Below the pieces are notes generated by a model, which was not told where the DNA came from, did no database searches, and saw nothing but the letters and a program-made list of their open reading frames with translations. Shown piece after piece: positions 13,599 to 25,945 of a DNA stretch of 64,000 bases (its first letter is position 1; each line of letters begins with the position of its first letter). This stretch comes from Eledone cirrhosa (taxonomy: Eukaryota): the NCBI GenBank assembly GCA_964016885.1, contig OZ024740.1, positions 71,052,001 to 71,116,000 on the forward strand. The letters run 5' to 3'. A program made the translations under genes and the position numbers.

Positions 13599-13947
13599 AT
13601 AGCTTTCACCGTATTTTTGACTAAAGGAATTTTAGCTTGATAATGGGGTTTAGAACCCTCAGATAAATGGAAAAAGATGAGTATTGACGTACATGGGAGT
13701 CGAACCCACATCTGTGGTTATCGCGACCACTGTGCTACCATTACACCAGTGGTTATCGCGACCACTGTGCTACCATTACACCAGTTGGTGTAATGGTAGC
13801 ACAGTGGTCGCGATAACCACAGATGTGGGTTCGACTCCCATGTACGTCAATACTCATCTTTTTCCATTTATCTGAGGGTTCTAAACCCCGTTATCAAGCT
13901 AAAATTCCTTTAGTCAAAAATACGGTGAAAGCTATATATTTTCTAAT
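13587..13947. repeat. Near-perfect head-to-head palindrome of a tRNA-like (SINE-head-like) sequence
   Basis: Arms are reverse complements. The right arm reads TGGTGTAATGGTAGCAC-GTGGT cgcgata ACCAC-GTGGG TTCGACT CCCAT. The left arm carries a 35-bp tandem duplication. Confidence 0.85.
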
Positions 13948-13982
13948 TTCAAACTCGCTCACTGTTTCAAAACATACTTACT

Positions 13983-14023
<41 letters not shown>

Positions 14024-14098
14024 CATGTATATGTACATACATATATGTATACAGACGTACAGTAGTATGTATATATATATATATATATATATATACAT

Positions 14099-14556
14099 AC
14101 ATACATGCACACATATATATATGTACGTATGGATTCACCGAACATTTATTATAATGCTCGGTGTGTTTGTAAACAAACATCCCAAATTAAGCCATACAGT
14201 GTCTAGCAACCATCGTTGCTCATTTGTTCAACACTGACAAAGGAACGCTGTACTAGTTTCAAGCTTATTAGCTATCGTCAGCAACGTATACCTTCCTGCC
14301 AGATGGTTGAACGTCTGAAAGTATATACTTTCCTTATACATATTAACGGCTGAGCAGCCTAATTTGCATATCGAGTGAGTTAATCGGCCGGGGTACCGAA
14401 AACGATAAACGGAAAAAATGAAACGAAATTTCATGTGCAACGATGGTTGCTAGACACTGTACGGCTTAATTCGGGATGTTTGTTTACAAACACAGCAAGC
14501 ATTATAATAAATGTTCAGTGAATCGATACGTACATATATATATGTGTGCATGTATA
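14099..14556 (-). mobile_element. Mini element: about 120-bp inverted repeats around a hammerhead-containing core (probably a truncated Penelope-like insertion)
   Basis: 14099-14219 is the reverse complement of 14437-14556; both ends abut (TA)n. Confidence 0.7.
14245..14287 (-). ncRNA. Minimal type-I hammerhead ribozyme
   Basis: Minus strand ACGUUG-CUGACGA-U-AGCU aaua AGCU-U-GAAA-CUAG-UA-CAGCGU: intact core, 6-bp stem I, 4-bp stem II and palindromic stem III (ACUAGU). Confidence 0.8.
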
Positions 14557-14631
14557 TATATATATATATATATATAGCGGCGATGAATTAGTTTTGTGAG
14601 GTTTTTTATATGAAATCGTGTGTCGAAACAA

Positions 14632-16238
14632 ATATTGTTATACTTGGGGAGGGTCATATTTGTGTAATATTGCCAGAATTAATAACAGAACACACTCACT
14701 GTTTGGTTGCTTTTCGCTTCTCGCTTCTGTGTCTTTTATATCGGTAATCTAACTTACTCGGTCCTCAATGTCGCCATTGACTGACCGACGGTCAAAAATA
14801 ATACAGATACAATATAGACACTCACACTATGCTAAACCCATGGGGCCTCCAAATACCTGATACTCAAAAACTCAGCAATGTCCAGTAGTGCTAAGTTTAA
14901 TATTCTGATCGCAGATTTGGTACGAGTGATGAAGAATGTGTCCCGCATGTGCGACCCAACAGAAATGGAAAGACACATCCAACACTTCATCAACTGCATG
15001 CAGTTCTCTGGCTACAACCAAAGAGACAGAGTCAGAGTATACGAAGGAGCCATGGAGAAGTATAAGACCCTCATAGAACTGGACATGAAAGGAATTTGCC
15101 TATTATACAGGAGCAAATCATGGAATAGCTTAGATAGGGCTAGACATAAGATAGGGAAAGCCACCTCATGGTACGACAACCAGAGATACCAGAGTGTCAT
15201 GTTTGTGGACGCTACCCCCTGGAGGGAAATTAGCTAACCAGTGTAGAAAGGCCCTGAGAAAGACCCACTTAAAAATTAAGGTGGTAGAAAAGCCAGGAAC
15301 CACCATAAAATCCCTGATCAGCAAAACCTACCCTTTTAAGAAAACCCACTGTACCAATAGGAAATGTATCATATGTAAGGTAAACCCCCGGATAAACTGT
15401 AAAACTAGAAACGTAGTCTATAGCATAAGATGTACAGAGGGTACTTGCAGAAACATGACAACAACATACATAGGTGAGACAGCTCGTAGCATAGGTGAAA
15501 TGATAGACCAACACTGGGGGGAACTAAAAGGACGAAAAAACGGGTCAGTACTATACGAACATGCTAGACAACAACAAGACGGTAACATAGACAACATAGA
15601 AATTAGAATAATATCTAAACATAGAAATGACCCAGCAGATAGGCAAATCAGAGAGGCCAGTGAAATAGAAATTAGAAGACCAAGACTAAACAGAAAGAAT
15701 GAATGGAATAACAACAACACCCAAACAAACAACACTGACCTAAGAGAAGTATAAATAAGTAAATAAAATAAAATAAATAAATAAATACATACACAAGCAC
15801 AATAACAACAAGCACATAAACACACACTAGTCACCCATCACACAGCAAACAAAACACTATACGCACACGCAAACGCATGCGCAAAGAAGACAAAATAAAA
15901 TAAACAAACAAGCAAATAAATAAATAAATATATAGACAGACTGAATAAAAATGGCGTAGACATACAATACAACAGGAGGAAAAAATAGCACCACTGACGA
16001 TGTTGCAGATGTGCAACGAAAGATTTATGATAAACTATATATATATGTTTGTGTCTATATTGTATCTGTATTATTTTTGACCGTCGGTCAGTCAATGGCA
16101 ACATTGAGGACCGAGTAAGTTAGATTACTGATATAAAAGACACAGAAGCGAGAAGCGAAAACCAACCAAACTGAGTGTGTTCTGTTATTAATTCTGGCAA
16201 TATTACACAAATATGACCCTCCCCAAGTATAACAATAT
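14632..16238 (+). mobile_element. 5'-truncated Penelope-like element 1 (RT thumb remnant plus GIY-YIG endonuclease) with an inverted terminal duplication
   Basis: ORFs 14878-15237 and 15194-15754 (frameshifted) contain CTNRKCIIC, NVVYSIRC and YIGETARS. 14632-14822 is the reverse complement of 16051-16238. Confidence 0.88.
15991..16030 (+). ncRNA. Minimal hammerhead ribozyme in the PLE 1 3' region
   Basis: CA-CUGACGA-U-GUUGCA gaug UGCAAC-GAAA-GAUU-UA-UG: perfect 6-bp stem II, but stem I is short. Confidence 0.65.
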
Positions 16239-16324
16239 ATATATTAGAAGAGGTAAATATTTATATTATATTTTTTAATGTATTTTGAAAAATTGATTGA
16301 ATTTTACTTGTTCTGCTTATCTTA

Positions 16325-16387
<63 letters not shown>

Positions 16388-17121
16388 CTACTGTACGTCT
16401 GTATACATATATGTATGTACGTATACATACTTATATTTAAGTACCAGCCGTACTAAGAGTGAGAAATGAAATTTTGTTTCATTTTTTCCGTTTATATATA
16501 TATATATATATATATTGAACCCACCTCCACTTCCTCCTTAGCGTGATCTGATCCTAAGACTGAATTTTTGCATCCCTATGTTTGTTTTGTTTTATTTGTT
16601 GAAGTATATATATGTATATATATTCTATTAGCCCAATTTTCAAACTGTTTCAAATTTAACCGCTTAAATATGTGATTGGTTCTATCACTGAGGCCTGTAA
16701 TTCCTTTCTCTTTTGGATGTCATGTGACACCATTAGCTGTCCAGCACTGCTACGTAGTCACTATCAGACCTATTTATAGAATGGCTAACGGCTTCACTCC
16801 ATTGATGGCTGGTCGAAAATGTCTTTTCTCTGGATTATTCTGGAATTAATGCTTAGGTTCTATGCATTGGGTGCAGCACTTGAACATCAGAGCATGAGAT
16901 GCAGTGAAGAAACCAGCGATATTGTTTGGTCTAGGAGAAGATTGGTATAGAGCTCCCACATAACACTGATTTTGCCACTGACTAACTCATTGTGTGTACT
17001 CTGAATTACCAACTTGCACCTGGGAAATGCAGGTTCCATAAAATCATTGAGCAAGTGGAAAATTTGGCGGGCTTGCACAAACTCAATTTGTCTAGTTTGT
17101 TATACTTATATATATATATAT

Positions 17122-17715
17122 AGGGCGGGTAAAATTCCCGATATCCATGGACAATTTCTCTCCAGCAGTCTCTGTCCATCATCATCGCTGCCATGTGCTG
17201 TGTCTCCAAGAGACATGTGTCTGTCCTTACGGCATCAACATGTGTCAACCTCGGTCTCCTTCTTCTAGTATGTCTGTGCAGGGACTCCCACAGGATCACT
17301 GAATGTTGGTGAGCATGTCCAGCTAACCTCAGTCTCCTCTGTGTTACTTTTGAGCTGACTTTTGAGAGGTTCCCATTCAGCTCTGAGTTCTTCATCCTCA
17401 GTGTATACTGATTAATGTTCAGAGCCATCCTCAGCATTCTCGTGTAGGACCCATCCACTATCTGAGTATGTTTCTTGGTCAGTGTCCATATCTCAGACCC
17501 GTACAGTAGCACAGACTCCACTGTAGCAACGAAGAGACGGATCTTCATGTCTTTATGAAAGTCCGACTTCTACACTGATCTCAAACTGTGGCACATCACC
17601 CAGGCTTTGCTCATTCTCTCAGCCACATCACCCTCTGCGTTCCCAATCTTTGCTCCAAGATACAAGAAGTCCTCAACTAACTATAGCGGCTTCCCGCCTA
17701 CATTCATAATCTTTT
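17122..17715 (-). mobile_element. 3' fragment of a distinct RTE-clade LINE (degenerate)
   Basis: KIRLFVATVESVLLYGSEIWTLT...RMLRMALN...RRLRLAGH; ends at a TA tract. Confidence 0.8.
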
Positions 17716-18525
17716 CTGGCTTCTTGGGTCACACGACCCAACTTGCTTCAAATAGGACAAACCTGTCTAACCCATGCTAGTGTGGAAGATAGACATTAAA
17801 CGACGATGATGATGATGATATGTGTGAGTGTGTGTATACAGAGAGGGAGAGAGAGAGAGGTTCAGAAATTTCACAAGTCAACATATATTTTTCTTCTCGT
17901 GATTTTCATATATATACCTATCCACACGCACACGCACATATATCAATATCAACATCATCATCATTTTACAACCCCTTTCCTTCCTGATGATCGTTGGACA
18001 GGTTGAAATGATCCAAGATCAGTCAAGTTAGAGAGACCAACCTTGCTCGATACATTCCATATTTTGCATGATTTCTACTTTTTCACTCCTGGATGCAACA
18101 TTTCAGCAATAAATTTTTTTACAGGAATTAACCCTAAAATCTGTGTTACAATTTTATTTTGTCTTTTATTGTAATATCTAACACACTATTATACTACCTA
18201 ACACACAGATGTTTTTCACAAGCAATATCAGCTGACTCATCTAAAATCAGCAAGAACTGACTGTTACTAATGTCTTCAATTTGTTCTTTCAATAAAATAA
18301 CAATTTTATAATTACTGAATATTGGGATCTATGAAATTTCAAACCAGTTACAAATGACCATGAAGAAATTCCTTTATAAACAAGTTCTCCTAAATGATAA
18401 AAAACAAATATTTACATGTCAAACTACAAATACTGTTATCTGTAATTCTAATTTTATTTCACTACAGTGAAAATCCTCTTTAATAGTATGTTGCAAATTC
18501 AAGTTTATTACAGCACTATTTCATT

Positions 18526-18705
18526 GGCAGTATCGGTAGAAGGTCGGACGCCATGCTTTGCAGCAAAGAGTTACGGTCCTTGCCATTCTGAGTTCAAATC
18601 CCGCCAAGGTTAACTTTTTCTTTCATCTTTACAGGGTCGATAAAATAAAGTACCAATAATGCACTGGGTAATTGCTGGCCTTGTGCCAAAAGTAGAAACA
18701 ACTAT
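18526..18705 (+). mobile_element. SINE family 1 copy
   Basis: Matches 857-1035. Confidence 0.8.
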
Positions 18706-18953
18706 TTCTTTTATATTTTGATGACAAGCAGGATTTTTTAAATGGGTTTTGTCAGCTTGAATTTCAACATTGCACAGTCTATATCTAACATGGGCAACCT
18801 TTTAGGAGCAGTGGGCCGTATAGAATGTGGCTCATCATAATGGCGGGCCACTCTACTAACAAATTTAAGGCAATTTTGTAATTTGGCATGCCTTTCAGAA
18901 AGCCAAACAGGCTGCATGCGGCTCACAGGCTGTACTTTGCTCATGACAGATCG

Positions 18954-20610
18954 ATCATCATCATCATCATCATCATCGTTTAACGTCCATCTTCCACGCT
19001 AGCATGGGTCTAGACGGGAATTGTCCCACTTGAGGCAAGACTGTCTGGCGGGTTTTCTACAGCTGGATGCCCTTCCTAACACCAACCACGTTTACAGTGT
19101 GGACTGGGAGGTTTTTACCGTGTTACCTACACGGCCACATTACAGCGTGGACTGTGTGTTTTTTTGTTGTGACACCTACACGACCTCATTTATTTAGGAC
19201 TGGATGTTGTGGTACCAACATAACTTTACATTGGAAGGGGTGGTGTGGATGGGGTGGGAGTAGTGGGACGGGGGTGTATTTTTGTTAGAGGTGCCTACTG
19301 ACTGTAGGTTTCGCTTTGTACTTAGGCAAGGCGGGTCTTCTGTATTACTGCATAGCGCCAAAGATCTCGGTCCAGTGACATTGTCTTGGAAAGGTGTAAG
19401 TGTGTGAGGTCGGAATTTATCAACTACCGTCTATTTTGATCGCCCTGCACTTTTTTATACAGCTGTTGTCTTTCATGCGCATCACGTGACCATACCAACG
19501 TAGTCTTCTCTCGAGTAAACGGCATCTGATCCCTCTTATTCCGAATTTCTCACTTAGTTCATTTATGCTTTGCCGTTCGCGTATATTACTATTACACATC
19601 CAACGGAGCATGCAAGCTTCGTTCCTCTCCAGTCTGCGTAGATCCTCTGCACACAAGGCCCATGTCTCACTGCCATGTAACCGCTGTTCGTATGCAGGCA
19701 TCATACAGCCTGCTCTTCATTTTTAGAGAGAAACCCTTAGCGGCCAATAGTAGTATAAGCTCTCTGAACTTTTTCCATCCCGTTCTGACTCTAGCTACAG
19801 TACTTTCAGAGCACCCTCCACCACTGCTGATTTTGTCACCCAGGTAACGGAAGGTGTCCACTATTTCTATAGAACCATCTGTTCAATGGAATGAGCTAGT
19901 ATTCTGTGGGCATTTGCTGCTACTTATTGCACCAGAGCACCGGCCACATATAAAATCTATATTCTTAGTTAGCTTACCTGTGATCCCACTACATCTTTTA
20001 TGCACCCATACTTTGCATTTGGGACATAAAATGGAGTTTCTGCCTACTCCTTTCCTACACACTGAGCATGGCCATTTCCCAGATGGGACCAGTGCCCTAT
20101 TCTCCTTCCTACATCTTAGAACTTTAGTCTTAGACAAGTTAACTTTAAGGCCTTTTGATTCTAGGCCATGCTTCCAAGTTTGGAATTTCTTCTCTAGTTC
20201 AGCCATTGATTCAGCTATGAGCGTTAGATCATCTGCGTATAGAAGTTCCCATGGGCAGCCGGTCTTGAACTCCTCCATTATAGCTTGGAGGGCGGTAATA
20301 AATAGGAGGGGGCTAAGGACGGAGCCCTGATGAACACCAACTTTTACGATAAAACTCTTCACTATATTCGTTGTTAACTCTAACCTTGATGACTGTTTCT
20401 TTATACATGGCTTGTATAGCTCTCACAAGCCATTCATCAACACCTAGTTTTCTGAGAGCCCACCAGATAATGGGGCGTGGGACTCTGTCAAAGGCTTTCT
20501 CCAAGTCAACGAAAGCTAAGTATAGGGGTTTACTTTTAGCTAGGTACCTCTCCTGTAGTTGTCGTACAATGAAAAGAGCGTCTGTGGTACTTTTTACCTG
20601 ACACAAACCC
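18954..20610 (-). mobile_element. RTE LINE family A, 5'-truncated and frameshifted
   Basis: [25 protein letters not shown]-like Cys motif, 3' UTR and (GAT)n tail. Confidence 0.93.
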
Positions 20611-21930
20611 ATAAAACTGTATTGGTGTTATATTATATTTTACTTCTCTATCTCAATTTAAAAATTGTGGATTTTAAAAACTTTTTATCATTTTTTAAAC
20701 ACTTGCTCATTGAATAAATTGTTTTGAAATAGTCAAGATATATTTAACCCTTTTGATGCAAAATCTATAATAATTTTATTATAGATTTGTTAAGTTATGT
20801 TTTAGAAAGTTATATTACCAAATGCCTCCAAAATTTGAAAATTATAAGCTGTGTCTTTTATTAGAAATATGGTAATGAAAAGGTTTTTTAAAATAGTTAG
20901 CTTTTCATACTTTGGCAATCCTTGAGTGCAACTTTCACTTTGTCAAACAAGGATTGTCTCTATTTCTGTTATATCACTGACTGATTACTGCCACATTTCA
21001 GTTTACTTTTTATTACACCAAGGAGCCTCCACATGGTCACAAGACTTTCTAGAAATAGCAGTCAAATATCCTTACTGTCTTAATTTGACTACAAATTTGA
21101 CTTATTAGCAAAAAATATTAATATAAATTTTAACATAAAATAAAAAATTAATGGACTTTAGTCCTCTCCCGCCCTCCTCCAATTTTTTAATCAATCCTAA
21201 AGAAGCAAGTGGCCATAGAAACCACGTCAAAATAGAATATATTAGAAAGACATGGCCAGCTGAACTATCTAATCTCAGAATGTGATAACCCCACCCAACC
21301 CTTGGCAGCATGGAAAACAGACCTACAACAGTGGTGGTGATGATGATGATGATAATATTAACTATTAAACATCCCAAACACAGAAATATATATATGTACT
21401 ATACTTTCACTTAAAGGTTTTATGTGCCCATGTAGTAGTGAGCAGACACAGACACCCTCTCAGCCTTCTTGGATTTGACTCAACAGAATGTGACAGCTAG
21501 ATGGAGAGAGGGTTGTGCAAGCACTAAGCATGTATTTTCTTTATCGATCCTAAAATGATAAAAGGCAAATTGGACTTACACAGAACATAGGGAGTCAGAA
21601 CAAACATTGTAATACATTCTATATATGTGATGTATATGTGTGTGTGTGTGCATACCATCAAGTACCTTAACTTGAGCATAAACAATTCCCCAAACCTAGC
21701 CAAATCTATCCATGAACTCAAAATAAACCCCACCTACCTGACTCACCACAAAAACATAAATTAAAATTCAAATACATCCTTCAAAACCATCTCCCAATCC
21801 TCTCAGCAAAATAATAACCAACCTGCACCAAATACTGATATGAAGGTGACAGATACTATGAGGCTGCAGCTGTCATATTTTGTAGTTTCTGATGCAGGTA
21901 TGCCAAAGTGGCTAAAAGGTTCACTTAGCA

Positions 21931-22161
21931 TTAACCCTTTAGAATTCACATTACTCTGTATTTATATGATTGTATTTTTGTGGTAAAGGCTTGATCTTAC
22001 ATAATTATTCCACATAATATCGAATCTACGAGATTCTGATGTGATTTATTTTGAGAACAATACCTTAACATCAGTATGAGCAGCCAGTTATGGCTTGTTT
22101 GAGCAGAAAGAGGTGATAGAATTCTGGCTGGATATGGTCAGTTTAAATGCTAAAGGGTTAA
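21931..22161. mobile_element. piggyBac-like MITE with TTAA TSD
   Basis: TTAA-CCCTTTTAG ... GCTAAAGGG-TTAA. Confidence 0.7.
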
Positions 22162-22462
22162 TGAGGTCCCAGGTTGTGTCCCACTGTATGGCATTTTGGG
22201 TAGATGTCATTTACCATAGCTTCAGTTTGAGCCAAGCCTTGTTAGTGCAATTAAATAGAAAGAAACTGTAAGCTTGTATGGACTGTAGTTGTAATTAAAA
22301 AATGTGTCACACTGATACCATTTGTGAAGTATGTTAATGATACACGCATCTGTAGAATTCTCAGTCATTTTCCACGTTTAATTCAATGAGTAGATTGGTC
22401 AGTTGATTGAATAACGCAATGCTCATGCATTGTTCTCAAGGGAAGACTCCATCATCGTCATC

Positions 22463-22493
<31 letters not shown>

Positions 22494-23571
22494 CCGTCAT
22501 CGTCATCATAAGTTTATATTAACTTTTCAGTATCCAAAAAATATAGATATGTAATATATATTAACCACCAAATATCTCAGAAATATTAAAATATGATAAA
22601 TATATTAACTATTAAATATTAACTTTTATTTTTTTTGCTTCTCTTCTAGAATCAAAGAAGAAATCTGTCCAGAAACCAGGAACCTAAAAAATGTTTGATG
22701 TATTACCCAAGACTTTCATGACTTCTAATTTCCTATTCAAACTATTGAATATAAAAGCCAAAGTCTAACACACACACACACACACAAACATATATATATA
22801 TGTGTGTACATGTATATATTGCCCAGTTTAATGACACCACCACCTGGTCCTTGGGTGCCAAACATGTGGACTATGTTTCCAGTTTGAGAATAACTTCCTC
22901 AATTCCTCTCACCAGTGTGAAAAGCACAGAAAAAATATAGAATTATTGATACTGGTCTTCCTTCCCTAAAGAAAAACAAAAAAGAAACAATTTTCTGTGA
23001 TAAACTCAGAGTAATTGGCTTTCTCATATTGAAAACAGATATTACTCACTACTCTAATAACTTTGAATTGATTACCCTAACTATACTTCTTAGTTATTAA
23101 TGCACTGTGGGGAGATGTACTGTCTTTAATGCCTCAAAACATCAGTGACCCACAGCAGACAGCCAAAGAACGGGAATTGTCCTTATGTTTGTGTTTCTCT
23201 TACACTTTCTAAACAATATTTATTAGTAACCACACAGCACCTTTGTCACTTTTAATTCATATATATATATATATAAGTACGATCAGTAGTGATCGAGCTC
23301 GACTCTGGAATCGATAGCTCATCAAACTTGTGGATTCTCAAATCATATATATATATATTTTATATTTTATCATCTACCTGTTCCAGCCAATGAGCTGAAA
23401 CCATCCTGGGATATATATCTAAAGTTTTTCTCTTCAAAACTTTTAAATTCACCATCATCGTTTAACATCCGCTTTCCCTGCTACCAGGGGTTTGACACAA
23501 ATTATAAACTATAATTTAATTTTTGGCATAGAAATTCTGATTTTGAAATAAATTTTCAGATTACTTTCAAA

Positions 23572-24006
23572 ATGACTGATTTTCAAGGCCAGTTAAGCAC
23601 ATTTGACTTGGTTCTCTTATTTGTTGTTGTTCTACTTCCAGTAGTATGCAACTTGGCCTATACCATATATAGGCACATCACTAAAAAAGAGACTGGCCGC
23701 CATAAAGCTGTTAACACCATACCAGTGGCTTTATCACTTACAGCAAGTTACCTTTCAGCCAACACAATAATGGGTGTACCAGCCATTATGATAAACCAAG
23801 GACTTACTTATTGGTGTCTGATTCTTGCTTTCCCACTCTCAATGGCCATCGTAGCACATTTGATTGTTCCAGTGACTTATAATGCTGACCGTTCTGATAT
23901 AATGATCAATCAACCAGAAACTGAACAAATGACCGGACTAAAGAATATTGGAAAACGTTCTTCTATTCAACATGCTCCTCCTGCAGATCATACTGATATT
24001 TTTATG
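23572..24006 (+). CDS. SLC5 sodium:solute symporter (SMCT/NIS/SMVT-like), coding exon 1
   Basis: Hydrophobic TM1, PVALSLTASYLSANTIMGVPA and a TM3 ending LIVPVTY. Acceptor TTTTCAG at 23559; phase-0 donor ATG|GTAAGA at 24006/7. Confidence 0.85.
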
Positions 24007-24069
24007 GTAAGAAACCTTAGGGTTTTGTAAAATTTCACTACTAATATGATTTTCCTTTTTATATGATTA

Positions 24070-24775
24070 TCATCATCATTATCATCACTGTTTTATGTCA
24101 ATGTCTCCACGCTAGCATGGGTTAGATGGGTTGTCTTGTTGTGGGCAATGCCAGCTCAGGTGACCATGTCTTTCTCATACAGGGCTGATTTTGGCTTGGT
24201 TTCTACAGCTGGATGCCTTTCCTAACACCAACCTCGTTTACAGTCAGTACTGGGTGCTTTTTTACCGTGGCACCTACACGACCACTTTACAGCAGGGGGG
24301 GGGGGGGCATATTGTCTATATGCTTTAGCTTTGGCTAGTGTCCGTGGGAACTCAGGTCTTCTGTATTACTGCGTAACGCCAGAGGTCTCGGTCCTGTGTC
24401 ATCACCTTTGAGAGGTGCAATTAGACAAGGTCAGTTTTTATCACCTCATTCCAGGTCTTCTTGAATCTCCCCACTCCAAGGCTTCCATCGACTTTTAGTG
24501 TTCCGGACCTTTTTATGCAACTGTCATCCTTCATACGCATCACGTCCATACCAACGCAATCTCCTCTCCTGCACAAAACATCTGATTTCTCTTATGCTTA
24601 ATCACTTTCTGAATTCGTTTATGCTTTGCCGTTTGCATATATTACTATTACACATCCATCAGAGCATGCAAGCTCTGTTTCTTTCTAATCTACACAAGTC
24701 TTCTGCACACAACACCCAGGTCTCACTACCATGTAACATTGCTGTTCGTATGCACGCATCATACAGTCTGCCTTT
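24070..24775 (-). mobile_element. RTE LINE 3' fragment (family C, degenerate)
   Basis: [20 protein letters not shown]; UTR resembles 45693-46030; truncated at a TA tract. Confidence 0.85.
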
Positions 24776-25901
24776 ATATATATATATATTTCCAAGCATT
24801 GGCATAGGCTCGACATTATATATATAAAAAAAGAGATCAATATATAATATAACAATCATATGGTTCTATAATTGCTCAATGAGAGAATTGAAGCTAAAAC
24901 ACCCCACAGCACTTACACATTGCTTGTATCAAAGGAAACTACGTATCTAATATTTTGCAGAGAACAATATAATCAGTCTAAAAACGGAGAGACAGAATAA
25001 ATATTATACTTACATAACCACTAAGATTTTATAAGACCTATATGGTACCATTTCATGCCAGCAACAATCATTGACATTTACCATTGATTAACATTAGTAA
25101 ATGGTGAAGCAAAGAACCAGTAATCATCAGTATGCATCTTACAATTCCAGAAAAATATTAGATACCAAAGAATGGGAAGTCAGCCATTGCTCATGCCATA
25201 TATATAGTAAAAAATTAAAATTTCAGTGTTCAATATATATATATATAAATATGGTCACCTGACTTAGCATTGCCCACAGCAGGACAACTCATCTAATCCA
25301 TGCTAGCATGGAATAATGGACGTATAATGATGGTGATGATGATATGAAAACAAGTTTTTCATATTTCACTTTATCAGATAATCTGCTAATATACATATTT
25401 CTGTGGTATCTGTTGTTATGATCTAATGGTAATTAAGGCAGATAACAAGTTATAGGTAACCAAACCTGGCGATATAGAGACAGACTCACTTCCAATGTTG
25501 TTAGTTCCATGAGAACTTATGTATGCTGATGACCTGGTTCTTATAACCAAATCTGTAAAAGAGCTTGATGACTCAGAGTAAGCCTAGCAAAAACTAAACT
25601 TTTAACTTTTAGTAAGTAGTGGTGCTTGATATGTAGCAAAGTAAGGTATGAGTACACAAGAGGTATAGTTGGATTGTAGACAGTCTAACAGAAAAGATAG
25701 ACTTTGCATGTGGCAGATGTAATTGGTAGTAAATGAAATAAATCTTTTGTAACCACGAGAAGGTATGAGAGACGCAGTTGACAGTTTCTGTTACTTAGGT
25801 GATCTAATTAACAAGAAAAGGATTTTTTCTCCAAGTGAAGGGTAGATTGTATGATTCCTTCATGAGAAGTGTAATGTTGCATGGCACTGAGACATTGGCA
25901 G

Positions 25902-25941
<40 letters not shown>

Positions 25942-25945
<4 letters not shown>

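Noticed and set aside
13786-13850. Functional tRNA gene
   Set aside because: The 5' acceptor strand is missing and the anticodon loop lacks U33; treated as a tRNA-derived repeat.
22650-22760. Upstream non-coding SLC5 exon
   Set aside because: Good acceptor (TTCTCTTCTAG) but no clear donor; needs transcript data.
25835-25941. N-terminus of the 852-aa ORF
   Set aside because: Chance read-through from an older decayed RTE fragment and a (TA)n tract into the young element.
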